Shown here in pieces: positions 1 through 13,831 of a DNA stretch of 64,000 bases (positions within the stretch are counted from its first letter, which is position 1; the number at the start of each line of letters is the position of its first letter). The stretch comes from Toensbergia leucococca (lineage: Eukaryota), in NCBI GenBank assembly GCA_022813965.1, contig JALDZS010000005.1, positions 186,001 to 250,000 of the forward strand. The letters run 5' to 3'. The notes beneath the pieces are model-generated. The model saw only the letters and a list, made by a program, of their open reading frames with translations, made no database searches and was not told the DNA's origin. A program made the translations under genes and the position numbers.

Positions 1-558
1 GAATGTTTAGAGCAAGCTCAAGAGATAAGGGATGCTGGGAAAGAAGCATTTGATGCTGGCGATTTCAAGTTGGGCCTTGAGAGATATCATGCGGCGTATT
101 TCAGGATGTATGTCACCGCTGACGACGACGTTTTCGAGACCCGGATACCCCAACACTTTGCACAGATCCTAGAGGGTGGTGTCTATGATGACCAACGTGG
201 GGACGTAGTTCGGCGTGAACTAAGCATGCAACTAAACTTAGACATTCTAAAGGCACATCTCGGGATGCAAGACCCGGAGACAGCCTACCACTGGGGGATG
301 CTTCTCATCGCAAGCCTAGAGGACTCAGATGCGGATCTTCATCAGCGTCTTCCAGCAGGCGTAGACGAAACCATCGGATTCGAGATCTCCGACGCCTATC
401 TTGAAATTGCAGACGCCTGCTTTTACGTATTCGAGGACAAACAAGCAGAGAAATACTTTGGTTATGGATTAGACTATTTATCTGGTCGTCCGAATTTTGT
501 TGAGGAGATGGACAGACGGTTTCAGGTCATTCACGTAAGACCCGTTCCTCGAGGCTGA
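1..558 (+). CDS. Partial (5'-truncated) hypothetical protein with helical/TPR-like C-terminus
   Basis: Frame is open from base 1 (ECLEQAQEIRDAGKEAFDAGDFKLGLERYHAAY...) to TGA at 556-558. The 'GKEAFDAGDFKLGLERY' and 'AYLEIADACFYV..AEKYFGYGL' segments resemble TPR helices. No family recognised. Confidence 0.6.
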   Translation, partial: ECLEQAQEIRDAGKEAFDAGDFKLGLERYHAAYFRMYVTADDDVFETRIPQHFAQILEGGVYDDQRGDVVRRELSMQLNLDILKAHLGMQDPETAYHWGMLLIASLEDSDADLHQRLPAGVDETIGFEISDAYLEIADACFYVFEDKQAEKYFGYGLDYLSGRPNFVEEMDRRFQVIHVRPVPRG

Positions 559-1730
559 TTTAAAATCTTCTAATAATGCGTAGCTATACCCGGATGATTT
601 GTCTGAGAATTCCATTGAAAATTGGCATCAAAGACAATGGGCACTTTTTCTTGATGCTTGGTATAGCAGGCGTGCAGGGCTTTGGCCATGAGATAATTCG
701 TGAAATGGCGTACTTACCTACGGGAACAAGGCAATTGCTCCAATCGCCCGACACGTCTTATTTCTTGTACTCGTAGAGTCAGGATTTCTCTACTCTAATG
801 GCGCAATATCACTTGCTTTTGGAATCATTCTACTAAGTAGATTGTCGTCTGAACGCCTTCGTCCTTTGCTTTTACCATGCAAAAGTTAACCCACACCACG
901 GCTTACAGACTAAGCATATACCTAAGCCTTGACGTAGGAACACTGTGATGTGTCTCGAATCTCATTGTAGATCTAGTATCATTTGAAAGGCAAGAAGTTG
1001 GATTTCCTGATCCCCATGCAGTCATGAAAGACTCATGCTTGAAGGATGTAATTTTCTGAACGTTACAACACCCCTAATACTCTATCATCACAACGCGTTC
1101 CACTCATAGGAAGGTAGATCGGAGAAGCATTTCAATCCTGATGGATTTCTGTTTCCCTGACATTTTCATACTATTATCTCAGACTACTTCAAAGGAAAAA
1201 GGGTCCGTGTGTGATTCTTCGCATAGCAGTACCAACTTTTCAACGAAGTAATCACATAGATGATTTTAGAGACCAAGCGTAGGTAGTTAGACTTGTTCAC
1301 ACAAATGTCTCCCTCATCACTCACCAAGCCCTAATCCGAGTAAGATTTAAGCGAAAATCTAAGAATAGCAAGATCTGTACTCGCAATGCTCCACTAATAA
1401 GTTGGGAATGCCAAAATCACAGCCTTAGGACTGCGAGTAAGGCTATCTGTAGAGACGCGTATCAAAGGGCTTGGAAGGAAATCAGGGGCAAGAGGCTTAA
1501 GGTATACTAAGATGCCATTTCAGGCTTAGTAGCTTGATAGTACGCGCATCACGCTAAGATAAGCGACCCCTCCGCCACGAGACTTGACGATTAACGAAGA
1601 GGATGTCACTGCATAGCCTCGTGCGAGGCCTCACGGACTTTCAATTTAATGCTCGTTATTACTTTAACTTTTCACTACCATTCTCCTTCTTAATGAGCTT
1701 ACTACACCTACCTCACCAAAGCCCTAAATC

Positions 1731-3254
1731 ATGCTAGATGAGAATTTACCCAGTGAGTCCCCTTGAATGTACCCATACTCTTGCTAACAACCATTAGCCT
1801 TTTACCTCAAGCCCGGCAGCAATGGTATCAAGTATAATGCCACCGTCCTACTCTCTCAGTATGGCTCCGAAGCAGAACCAGCCTACTCTCTTCGACATCC
1901 TGATCCCTCTCTGCCAGCCTCCAAAAATCGATACGCCGCGGCCCTTTACGACAGCTATAATCCCGAAATCCTCTTTGGTGAGGTTCTATTGATACCAACT
2001 TGGACCCAGCCGACTCTTTCCCAAGAGGAAATTCGCCTCAACGGAGGTGTACCTCCACCGCCACAGCCGATATTACCCACTGAATTTATCATCCAATTGT
2101 ACAACCCCGATCAGCAAGTGGCGGTAAAGCAAAGGCACGGTTCATGGAATACAGCACCATACTGGGAGTTTGAGATGCCTCAACAGACCTTCAGACTCCC
2201 CTCAACCTCCGCACTCGACCGAACGCAAAGTGATCCAACTGCTTCAGAAACCACACCAAAGATCAACTTCAAATGGAAAAGGGATGGCAAGTTGTCCAAG
2301 GACCTAGTCTGTTTCCTGTCCGGAAAATCCACCAATCCCGACGGTAGTAAGAGAAGGAATAGAGAGCCAGATATTACAATCTCCCTTTTCAAACATCTAA
2401 AAGAACTCACTCTATACGAGCCAAACCTAAATCGGGTGGAAATGGAGGACCCAAAAGGATTAGAAGTGGTCTTACTCTTAAGCGCCGCAGTAATCAGAGA
2501 CGTCTACTTCAGTCAAATCAGAGAGATTTTCAATATAACCGAAGCTCCCCGACGCAACAGCAACGACACCACCCTGCGAAGAACCTCAAATCCAACCTCC
2601 ACGCCAGTCCCCCATCCTAACCTCTCCTCCCAACGCCCCTCCAAACCTAGCCCCCATCACAAACACCACTCCCACCATACCACAAGCTCCTCCTCCACCC
2701 CAACCCCCTCCAGTGCCCCCCTCAACCTCCAAACCCCCTCCACCCGGCCCCCACCAACAGACCCCCGCACCCAATGGGAACTCGACGCCGAAACCGCCCG
2801 CCTCAAAAAGCAAGTTGAAGCCGAAGAACACGCCCGCCAGCGCACCTCCAACCTCGAAACCAAACGCGTCAAAAAGATGCTCGAAGCCGAAGAACGCGAA
2901 GCGCGCCGCCAAAAAGCGGAAATCGACAGGGAAACTGAGCGTTTGAAAAAGGAATACGCTCTCGAGCAGCGACGGCTAAAGCAGAAGATGCCGCCGCCGT
3001 CGTTGCCGCCTAGGCTTCAGATGCCGCCACAACGCTACTCGGAGGGATATCTACAGCCTGCCCCCTCGTCAGGTCCGTATTTGCAGCCGCCTGGTGCGGC
3101 GAGTGCTTTTTTGGCGGGGTCTTCTTCGACGGCGTCATTGAGGCCCGGAGATGAGGGGAGGCGGTTGGGGGGTAAGAGGAGTTTTTTCGGGCTAGGGGGA
3201 CGTGCTGATGCGGGCGGGCAGAGGTTGATGAAGAAGCAGAGTTCTGTATTTTGA
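1731..3254 (+). CDS. Uncharacterised fungal protein (globular N-terminal half, P/S/H-rich linker, coiled coil)
   Basis: ATG 1731 (MLDENLP); intron 1753-1797 (GTGAGT..GCTAAC..TAG); continues in frame into ORF 1989-3254, ending LMKKQSSVF. Confidence 0.8.
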
Positions 3255-3889
3255 TTTGTTTCTTGTGGAGATAGGGCGTACTGCTGGGAAGAGGTGTGCT
3301 GGGGACAATCTAGACTTTTTTTTTTTGACGACTGGCATGATTTGCATGGCTGTGGTGTTGAGGTTTTTGTTTTATGTCTTTCTTTGAAAGGGGGGTCTGG
3401 AAGGGGGCGGATACCCAATTTCTTCTGCTACCTATCTTGTGTAAGATGTCTCTGGGTCAGGTAGGGAATCAAGAGCGGTAGGATAGATGACAGCGTTCTT
3501 TATCGAACGATCTTAGATGATATTCACGACCCACGTCCGCATGTCGATTCGAGTGGGCGATGGAAACCCTCAAGCGCGACTCTCGTATCCAATTCCATGA
3601 AATCCCAGGTAAGTTTCAAAGACTACAGCATTGCCAAAGGGCACACAACACAACTGTTTCGTGCGAGGTTTACCTGTTTACGACGGATGCTCTCTCCCTT
3701 ATAGCTAGCTAGCTAGGTCCAGACGGGGGGTATCACAAACGAATGAACGAACGAATCCCCCTTCCACCAGCACCCCTCCCTCAAAAGCCCCAGAGCAAAA
3801 AAGCCATCCTCACAGCCCGTACTTCCCACTCCCCACGACTCCTCCAGTTACCTACCCCCGACCATCCCCACTACATGAAAAAAAAACAC

Positions 3890-6800
3890 TCACGCAACCC
3901 CAAAGCCCTTACAATTCTCAATCGCAACCATCAACCTCTCCTCCAACTTCCCCCGACTCGAATATTCCGGCAGCAACAACCGACCAAAGCACGTCAGGCT
4001 AGTGGGTAAACGCTATTTTTTCGCAAAAAAAGACAAACAAAATCAGTAAAAATGCCCTCTCTTTCAATTATGCAAAAAAGAAATTGCTTAGGAAGACGAA
4101 GGCGAGAAGAAAACTCACATGATCATCATCCCCATTCCTCTGTATCACAAACAAGATACTCCTGACCCCATTTACCGGAATCCTCTCACTAGCCGTCACA
4201 AACTCGAGCAACAACCTCACCTTTTCCGGCGCAAACCCCCTAACAACTTGCCAAAAATCTCTAATGATGTCGTGGTCGGCCGTGTAGCCGCCTTCGTACC
4301 TGGCGGTCTGCTGCAAAGCGTCGACGTCGATGGTTTGAATGCCTTCGACGACGCTCCGCAGGGCTTCCGGGGTGAAGATGGAAGTGGCCTTTTTGTCGAG
4401 GCAAACGTAGAAGCCACGGGCGAAGGCGTCATATTGGGAGCGGATGGATTTATCGGTTAGCCAGAAGATGTAGTCAGAGATGTATTGGATGCGGTTGGCG
4501 TTTGTGACCATATTTGCTTGAGAGGTGGTTGAATCTGTCCGAGGCCGGGGTCGTGGTTGCGACGGCTTGTTGCTGGGGCTGGGGTTGGGATTATTCTCTG
4601 CGCTTTTCTCTTCCGAAGAGGTGTTGAGTCCTTCTAGAGTAGTCCATCCCCATCCATCGGTTGATGACCGGGAGGAGCTGCCAGTCTGGATTTTGGGCCT
4701 TCGGACTTGCGAGGCTTGCTTTTGGTCATGTACTACCGCTTTTTCCTTTCCTTTGCCTTTGTCTTCCACTGGTGGCCAATTATCCTCCCTCCCAATACGT
4801 TCCATGTCGATGAACAAGTTCGATCCTAAAGCCTTAGCACTAAAGACGTAAGATCTCATGAACACATCCTCAACGTCACCATCACTCCAGGTCTCCAAAT
4901 CGCGAAGCCCTTTCGCAAGATCTGGCCACCCATCCTGGATATGTGCGAGGCTTGTCACGGGCATATCAAGGAGCTTGCGATACAGTGCCAAGGGGAAGTT
5001 TATGGGTAAAGTAAGTCCATTGTATATAGCAAGTGAAGTCAGTAGCCCGATCAATTCAAACTTGTACAACGGCTCTAGTGAACATGGCTGAAACCAGGAA
5101 AATCGTGTCTGATCGTCCGTTGTGAAAAGACCTGTATTCAGAATTTAGTGATAGGCACTGGGAATTCGGCTCAGGCTATGTATGATTACCATATTCAGGG
5201 TTCAAAGCCTCACTGATAGCCACACGAAAGAATTCCTGCTGAACACCCCCATGGTCTACCCCTTCTTCGCCTTCTTCCATACCCATCCGAACCTTCAATG
5301 GTTTCATCAATTCACGTCTCTCACGCCTCCATAACTGATTCAAGGCATCTGTCAGGACATTACCTCGGCGAATTTGCAACACAAGATAATTGGTCATAGC
5401 GGTCTTTAGTCTGTCGTAGAGTCGTAATTGGACTGGGTTAGTCACAGGGTCTGCAAAATTCATTTGCATGACCATTCTGGTAGTCGTCAAGGAACCTTCG
5501 AAGGCCTTGTACATAGCCGCATGGTTGATGGCTCGGAAGTAACTAACCAACGCAGACAGCGGAAAGAGAAACGGGTATGATAGAAGATGTGTCGTGTTTC
5601 TGTTGGAGGACAGAGATAACCACTGCGTAGGCATTTCCATAGCATCAAGTCGTTCGGATAGGAATGGAGTTTGGAAAATCTCGGGCGACAAATGTAGCTC
5701 ATTACAGCCATCATCTAGTGACCTAATTAGCAAATCACCCCCAAATGAAGTCTCCGATATTGTGAAGCGCACAGAGATAAGCCAAAAATTCTACAGCACC
5801 ACCAACAGCTCCCCATCTTGCTATCTCTGCTTTGCCATCCCATTCTTTGAGCACCAAGTTTCGGAGCCATTCGACGGTGACAGAAGCGAAGGAAGGTTCA
5901 ATCGAGAGATCTTTTCCATAAGAGGCCGTCAATTCAGCTTCCAATTCAGTCTCACTGACTACACAATCCGAGCGCGACTTCGAAACATTCGCTTGTGTTG
6001 TAAATTCAATAGCATGATCAGGATTCGCGATGTACCGGAACAGGATCTCCAGAATCTCTAGGTCACCATTTGCAAGCCACCCCTGTTTTTTGGCATCGAT
6101 CCCTTGATTCCGGGCCATTTCTGATATACAACGTCTGGTAGAAATAACCCTGACTATTCTTTTTACCAGGCTTAGAGACATGTCATCTTGAAAGCTATCC
6201 ATTATCCCCATGATAGACCTAGCCGCTCTTTCATGTCCGGGTAAAACATTGGAACCAGGTGCGACACGCCCAGAGGCAAGCATAACCCGGACCACTGTCC
6301 ACATATCGGCGGTACAGTCTGGCATGGTAGCAAACAAAGCAGCGAGAGCGATTTTGAGAATGTGGGCGGCCTCATTATCGTTCAGGAAGTTATCCCCGTT
6401 TAGCTCGGGTTCGTCTCTGGCGTTACCTGATGCGTGATTGTCTAGATGTACTACGGAGTTGAACCGACTCGCTTTGAGGGTGGGGCTCTTCATTGGAAAA
6501 GATCCTGGCGACAGTATTTTGCCGGTACCGATCCAGAGACTAGGTATGATATTATGTGGATAGTAATCAGTTGTCATAAGTATGCGGAAGGCTACTGTAA
6601 TCTTATGGGATCCAACGCTTTGTATCATGTCTCCTTGATCCTGATCAACGGTACTTGTCCGAAAGGATCGCAAAAGAGCAGTGGGAGTGCTAAGGATATA
6701 TGTTATGGACTGAGTTCGGAACGCTAAGGTTCCCTCGCGACCTCCATCAGCACCACTCACTAGAGTTGACGCATGTCCAGGTAGATTCATTCGGCCTAAA

Positions 6801-8253
6801 TACTTCCAGAAGAGGTGTTCTCGGTGAAGTATGGGATTAGTAGCTATGATGGTACGACCTAGCGCCACTATATTTTCAAAGCTGAAATGAGACAAGCTTT
6901 GAGGAGGCTGAACAATTTCACAATCTGTCTCAGAGGTAGTGGACTTGTCTCCTTGGTGTGTTGATTGAGTAAAATCCACTGGCGCTTTCTTGTAAGCCTC
7001 CTCAGCATCGAGGTTGGCCTGCTGATGGCCCCTACGGTTCTCTAGATCTCCGTCGTCTTGAGAACCGCGTGTATCATTCTGCTCTTGAATTTCAGGATCT
7101 TCAGACATGGTAGGTAGTTGATCAGTTGCTGACAGGTTTACCTGTCTACCTGTAAGTGAGCTAGCAGCATCGCTATTGTGTATTGCTCTGCGGTGCTCAT
7201 GACTTCGAAATTGGGGTGCCTTCTTAAACTTCTGTGCAGATAAGGGGTTACTTGGCAAATTTGGCGGGAAAAGTGTCTCATCCGCAACAAGTGATGCTTG
7301 TAGTTGAGCTCGTCTAGATCTATGGCCGTGTGAATTTGGATCTTGCGCGTTTCGTGTCAAGTGCTTCTTTCTCGGACAGGGGGCAGCATCGCTAGGATCA
7401 ACGTTTGCGACATCGCTATCTGGTCCAGCTCGCTCTTCCCTGCCAAGCCATGGCGTCCATTGCAGGAAACCAGACGGGATCGCCGTTATCTGTAGCATCT
7501 TCATTGCCACTGTATCGAAAAGGTTCTGTGTGAAAGACTTGGGATCCTTTCTTTTCCCTGCATCATCAGTCTGCTTCGAAATATCGTCAGCTTCTGCAAT
7601 CGTTTTCACAATAAACATCCATGACTGTGGAGCAGCTTATTCTACTAACCAGATGAGGATTACTCGCCCCAGCTATATCGTAAGCATCATGTCTATGATG
7701 ATTGTTTGAACGGCTTGACACCTTGCCCACTGGACTTTGTGCTTTCGTGACTGTCCTGTAGCGCAGCCCAGCTCCGGATGCTTCCAAAGGAAACGCGGGC
7801 TGGTGAGGACATAGATCCTTCTCGGGATCATCCTGAGCTGCTAGAAAGCATGCCAAAGTCCTGGCGCTCAGGACGGTGAACCTTCTGAAGGGTCCTTTCG
7901 ATGTTTTTCTTTGCCAACTGAGACATGTGGGTACGTCGCAATTCGAGTTCTCGCAGCCATATCGGATTTGCCGATAATATCTATCGTAGGCTAGTAGATC
8001 AGCAGTTGTACTATGTGGACAAGCTTGATGCTACAAAAAGGACATACTTGTTGAGGAGGCTCTGAAAAAGTTGTCGTCTGTCAAGTGAGTTTCGAGGCCA
8101 GGCTATTGAGGGGTTCTCCAAGAACACGCTGTCTCTAATCAGAACGGCAGGCACCAAGTCTGGCAATGCTGCAACACGCTTGCGGCGCTTCTGTGGGGTA
8201 TGAGGCCTGTTCTGAGCATCTTGAGGTGGCACACCATTTATGCTTCTTGTCAT
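3890..8253 (-). CDS. HECT-type E3 ubiquitin ligase with N-terminal AZUL zinc-binding domain (UBE3A/Hul4-like)
   Basis: Multi-exon, joining ORFs 8011-8286, 7587-7856, 5735-7618, 5176-5772, 4068-5069 and a last exon. HECT motifs [15 protein letters not shown] and [12 protein letters not shown]. Last exon [40 protein letters not shown] contains the catalytic Cys. N-terminal [19 protein letters not shown]...LC. Confidence 0.92.
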
Positions 8254-8675
8254 ATCATGTACGTGCATGAAATCTAGCAGCTCCACTCCATATAAAATAA
8301 CAGAAAAGCTAAGTGTTGGGTAGGAATGATCTGCGACTCTGCTCTGAAGGCCCTGGATACGATAAATTTACATGGACGTTGAGGCTGACTGGAGTAAGTA
8401 TGCATGAGATGATAAGGAAAACATCTAAACATACGGATACGCAACTGGGTAATATCGCGTGTTTCTTACAGAGTACGGAGTACGGATATTTACGGATATA
8501 ATTGGTGGAAACGTTTAGAGGATTCTCAGCCCTAGCCCGCTTGGCGCTCGTCATCCCGCACATTCCACCCGAGAAAGAATGACTGAGATTGATCAGCCAG
8601 CATGTCATTTCAACGGCCGTATTGCTTGGAGGCAAATTGAAGTATCAATACCTCAAAAACCATCTACATACAATC

Positions 8676-10451
8676 ATGGCTACTATCCTCGCGAGTAGAC
8701 CAGTGCCGGCTAGTCCACAACCCACTGCTGTCTCCAACTCCGCCCAGTCACATCCATTCACTTGCAATACTTGCCAAATCGCCTTCCGAAGCAGTGACCT
8801 ACAGCGTGGCCATATGCGTAGTGATTGGCAGTAAGTGAAAACATACTCACTTGACTCAGGTTTAAAAATCCTCCATCTCTAACGCTCAACAAGTCGATAC
8901 AATCTGAAACGGCGGGTGGCATCCCTCCCCTCTCTATCCTCGGATGTTTTTGCAGAAAAGGTATTGACTGCCCAAGCATCCTCATCTGCCGCTGCCGCCA
9001 AAGCATCTTTCGAAAGAATCTGTACACCCTGTCAGAAAACCTATTACAGCGAAAATGCCTATCAGAACCACCTCGGCAGCCAGAAGCATCGGCTTCGAAT
9101 CGCAGCATTGCACGGCGGCGATGGAGCACAAGCGGATGAGGAGACCATTTCAATAATGAGTTCTACAATTTCCTTAGGTGAACCGATTAGTACGTCCTTA
9201 GGGGAGCCAAAAGATCCAGAGGCGGAAGCAGAGTTCTCAAAGGTTGTTGATGGTATTAAAGAAACGCACCTTGATGAGAAGGAGCCAGTAGCGCGACGTC
9301 CATCAAGACCTCATCACTCTACACTCGGTGATCGACCCGAGCATCCACTTTCTCCGTTAGCTACGGATAAAACTAGTCCAACAGACATAGAAACGTCTAA
9401 AACATCTGTGGATGTGCCAATGAGTAGATGCTTATTTTGCAATTACGACTCTCCTTCTTTGAAGCTTAGCGTCATGCACATGACCAAGTTCCATGGCATG
9501 TTCATCCCCGAGCAACCCTATCTTATCGACCTTGGAGGTCTTGTCAAATATCTCCACGAAAAGATTTCTGAGTTCCATGAATGTCTATACTGCCACAAGG
9601 TAAAGGGCACAATGAACGGGATTCAAACTCACATGAGAGACAAAGGGCACTGTATGATTGCATTCGAGTCGGAAGAAGAAATGATCGAGGTTGGTCAATT
9701 CTATGACTTCAGAAGCTCTTATTCAGACCAGGAAGAGGACAATGACGAGGATACTGACATGGAAGATACGAACTCGACTTCCAAGGGTGGTGTCAACCTT
9801 AGGTCACATCGATCAGGAGCTGTGAAAACATCCACAAAGGATCCGAGTGGAGATCAAACAATGCAAGACGATGACGAAAATGGGGATGGATGGGAAACGG
9901 ACAGCTCAGCGTCATCGCTAGACTCAGAAGATCTTACAGCTGTGCCTATAGATCATACACACGCTTTCGAGAGGCTTCCGTTGCACCGTCATCACTCACA
10001 TACTGATCCGCGTCCTCACCGGACTGTTGATGGGTTCCACTCGCACGCTCATTCCCACCATGCGGTCTTCAAATCGGATTACGAACTTCAGATGCCATCG
10101 GGTCGTACTGCAGGCCACCGTTCTTTGTCCCGTTACTTTCGTCAGAATTTACACAATCATCCTTCGGCTGCCGAGCGCATGGAGGGTCAAATGCTTATAG
10201 AAGCAAATAGACATTCTGACTCGGATGACGCCGAAGAAACTGAAGGCAACAACCAACGAGGCCGACAGGTAATAACCCGTGCCAACGGCGGATCAGGTAT
10301 GATCGGAGTGACAGACTCGAAGAAACGTGAAGTTCAGGCCGTAGAAAAGAGGGAGCGAAAGCGTGAGCAGAGAGCGCGGCAGCAGTATCAGTGGGGTGTG
10401 GACAAGAAAGGCAATAGCCAGAAGCACTTCCGAGATCCCCTTCTGCAGTGA
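8676..10451 (+). CDS. REI1: Pre-60S ribosome maturation C2H2 zinc-finger protein Rei1/Reh1 (ZNF622 family)
   Basis: FTCNTCQIAF..QRGHMRSDW, then a short intron (~8832-8893), then RYNLKRRVASLP; CTPCQKTYYSENAYQNHLGSQKH; CLFC; CLYC..HMRDKGHC; GHRSLSRYFRQNL; C-terminal NSQKHFRDPLLQ. Confidence 0.95.
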
Positions 10452-10771
10452 ACTGTTTGTGTATCTCTTCAGTCTTGGCTTAGCGATTAGCTTATGGCAT
10501 CAAAGTGCTAGACTTTGTTCCCTCTCCGGGACTTCAAACAGCTGTACATGTAGTATGCGAATAGATTCTAGACCGTATCATTTGATAAGGGATGGGACAA
10601 AGAATAATGTACGAGGACTCGTACACCCTTAGATGATTTAGGCCACGTGATTGTCGTGATTCGGAATATGTGAAACACGCATTTCGCGACAAGTTTGTAG
10701 AGTAGCGCGCTCAAACAGTCTCAGCGTAGTAAGCCAAGACAGCCGGCTGTCAACAGATTGAAAGGATCAGA

Positions 10772-13504
10772 ATGAACGCGAGGATATTTGCCTCAGTGTT
10801 TGGGTCTTTAGTACATGAAAGTATCCCTACTCCATCAGCAACTCCCGTCCTTGGCTCAAATGAATTCGAAGAATCAAATGAGATCGACTGGACAAATTCC
10901 GAAATTGGCGGTAAAGCAGAAGAGCAAATTAGATGGAATCAAGCATGGCACGTCGCTACCACATTTCTCACATTACCATATGAGCCCATTACGGCCCATC
11001 ACGCCAGCCAGAGTGAAGAAGCATTGCGAGGAAAGTGGTTGAAGCCATGTACACCGAATGTCTTGAAAGCTCTATCTTTTGTAGCGTCAAGAATATCACC
11101 TATTCCAGACGATGACATTTTCCTATGGTACTTTCAGGAGATTGGCAACCGGCATTATGTTGGCTGCGTAATGCCGGGCATACTTGAGGTCAGCTTGGCC
11201 AATTGCCATGTTAAATCAGTGGACTGAATGTTTTCAGGCACTTGAAGACAAACAGCATCCAAACCCATTGTTGAACGTCCTTCGAATTCTACAAGTCGCT
11301 CAAGCAATCTATCTACATCCGCTGAAACATCACATTCTACCCTTTTTAGATCAATCAGCTAAACGGAAAGGCACAAAAATTAGAGAGCGTCTTCATAGCC
11401 TCATTGCAGAATCTTTGCCTCACAAAAGTTACGTTGAGCTCCTAGGCTCCTTTTTTCATACCCAGGGATGCATAAGACTTGGCTTGAGTGATATTGACGG
11501 AGCTGGCAATGATATCGGCGATACACCATCAGAATCACCTGCCATCGTAGGAGCCCGTCAACAAACAACCATGATGATACAAGGCCTTCAAAATGTGGGC
11601 TTAGGGGGCCCTCAAGCCCAGCGAGTATTTGCCGAGATCATGTACAGTCTTCTGAATGCTCATATAAAGCGTGCATTTGCGGGCCGCTGGGCCTCACCCT
11701 CAACAGTAATAAAGCAATTGCAAGATTGGGTTGAGAATCGCTTCGCACGCTACGTTGTTGAAGTCTTGACTTGCCTCAAGGATGGCCCGGCCGACGAATG
11801 TGGTGAGAAACTAGATGTCAGCCATGCAGATGTCGAGAGATGGCAGGAGATGAGTATCAATAGCCTTGGGGTCTTACGGACGAGCGAATTATTCGATGTC
11901 ATCATTGGCTGGGATCAAGATAGTAGCGGTGCCATTGAGGATCTAAAACAAGTTCTCGTCTACACTCATGCAAGACAAAATCTCACCTTTTTCTTCTCTC
12001 GAGTGCTTCTACATCGCTTACTTCAACCTGGAGCATCAACGATTGAGATTATACAAGTATACATTTCCACAATACGTGCCTTTGCCGTCTTGGATCCGAA
12101 AGGGGTCCTCTTGGATCGCATAGCTCGACCGATCCGACGATATCTTCGTGAACGCGAGGACACGGTTAGCATCATCGTCAAAGGACTCTTGGCTGATACC
12201 GACGACGAACCCAGTAACACTGATGCTCTCGTATTGGGAGAGCTAGCAACAGAACTAAACAAGATCGGGGACGTTGCAGGAGACGATGTTCGCCCAGACG
12301 GTCACCTTGACTGGGATGATATGTCCTGGATGCCTGACCCTGTGGATGCTGGGCCTGGTAAGACTATTGTGTTCTCCTCATCGGAGGCTTCTCTAATGCT
12401 TGACAGAATATCAAAAATCGAAGAACTCCGACGTTATAGGGTCTTTGATCAGTCTTTTTGATAACAGGGATATCTTTATTAAGGAATTTCAAAAAGTCAT
12501 GGGTGAGCGTTTGCTGAAGAGGGAGTTTGATTTCGAAAAAGAGGTGAGTATTAGCTTTGGATTATATTCTTGACCGTCGGACTGATAGTGGCGCCAAGAC
12601 TCGTGTCCTCGAACTTCTCAAATTTCGCTTTGGCGAAGCTCAACTTCAAGCATGCGAAGTTATGCTACGAGATGTCCTCGACTCTCGTCGCGTCGATTCT
12701 GCCATTCGCGAGGACGAGCTTCTCCATCTGGATGAGCAGAAACAGCCAGCACCAGAACTCCACGCAAGGATTCTTTCTCATCTCTTCTGGCCGTCTCTAG
12801 TCTCCGAGAGCTTCTCCGTCCCCCGCGAGATTACAGCATTGCAACATCGTTACTCCAACGGCTTCGAGAGCCTGAAACAGACACGAAAATTGACCTGGCT
12901 CGACGCCCTGGGCCAAGTAACCGTTCAACTCGACCTCGAAGACCGCGTAGTCACGGAGGAAGTCCAAACATGGCAAGCCAGCGTCATCTACGCTTTCCAG
13001 CAATCCGACACGGCTCCCTTTGTCATGCAGCCCCTCGACCCTAGCACCAAAACAGTCCAGCAACTAATGGCAGACCTGAGCATGGACGAACCCCTCGTCC
13101 GGAACGCCCTGACCTTCTGGGTCGGCAAGCTTGTCCTCAAAGAAGTCACCCCGGACACCTACACCGTACTGGAGACGCTCTCCGATGACGACCTCAGCGC
13201 CGAGGGCAGCACCGCCCAAGCAGCCATCGCGGCCGCTGCCGATGTCGCCACCTCAGCTACTGCCCCCGCCATCCGCTCCGAGGAAGATGTCACCAAGGAG
13301 AAAATGGACGTGTTTTGGCAGTTTGTGGTAGGCATGCTGACGAATCAGGGGACGATGCCTTTGGGGCGCATTGTGATGATGCTCAAGTTGGTGGTGCCGA
13401 CGGGCTTCCCGTTTGGGAATGAGGAGTTGAAGGAGTTTTTGGAGGGGAAGGTTCAGGAGGGGAGGTTGGAGGTTGGAGGAGGTGGGTATAAGATTTTGCA
13501 TTGA
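10772..13504 (+). CDS. APC2: Anaphase-promoting complex subunit 2 (cullin-like)
   Basis: Four exons (introns near 11189-11237, 12358-12406, 12544-~12597). Motifs RLLQPGASTIEII..YISTIRAF..LDPKGVLL..IRRYLREREDTV, WMPDPVDA, LELLKFRFGE..LQACEVMLRD, ILSHLFWP, RKLTWL; C-terminal winged helix FWQFVVGMLTNQGTMPL. Confidence 0.95.
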
Positions 13505-13831
13505 TGGGGTGCGTTGGTAGTGATACTCTAGGGCGTCTTTTTCAAGGCTTTGACGGCATTGCGTTGGGTTCATTGGGGAGGGACTTATGTGTATGAGATG
13601 AGATGTATGATGAGCGAATGACGTAACGAGGACTGGCCATGCAATGAAAATACCGGATCATGATTAGGGCTAGATGGGAATAGATGAATTCCCTCTACTT
13701 TTCCCCTTTGTGCAAAGAACTGAAAATTCCCTTTTCTATCTAGTTTGTTTTACTGCTTTGATGCTGTTGCTTGCTTTGTACTCTTGCCCCTTTTTTTTCT
13801 GAATGAGGGTTGAGTCATTGAGTGTGAATTT

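Noticed and set aside
560..1700. AT/TpA-rich intergenic stretch as a RIP-degraded transposon
   Set aside because: No terminal repeats or transposase/RT remnants seen, and CpA dinucleotides remain common.
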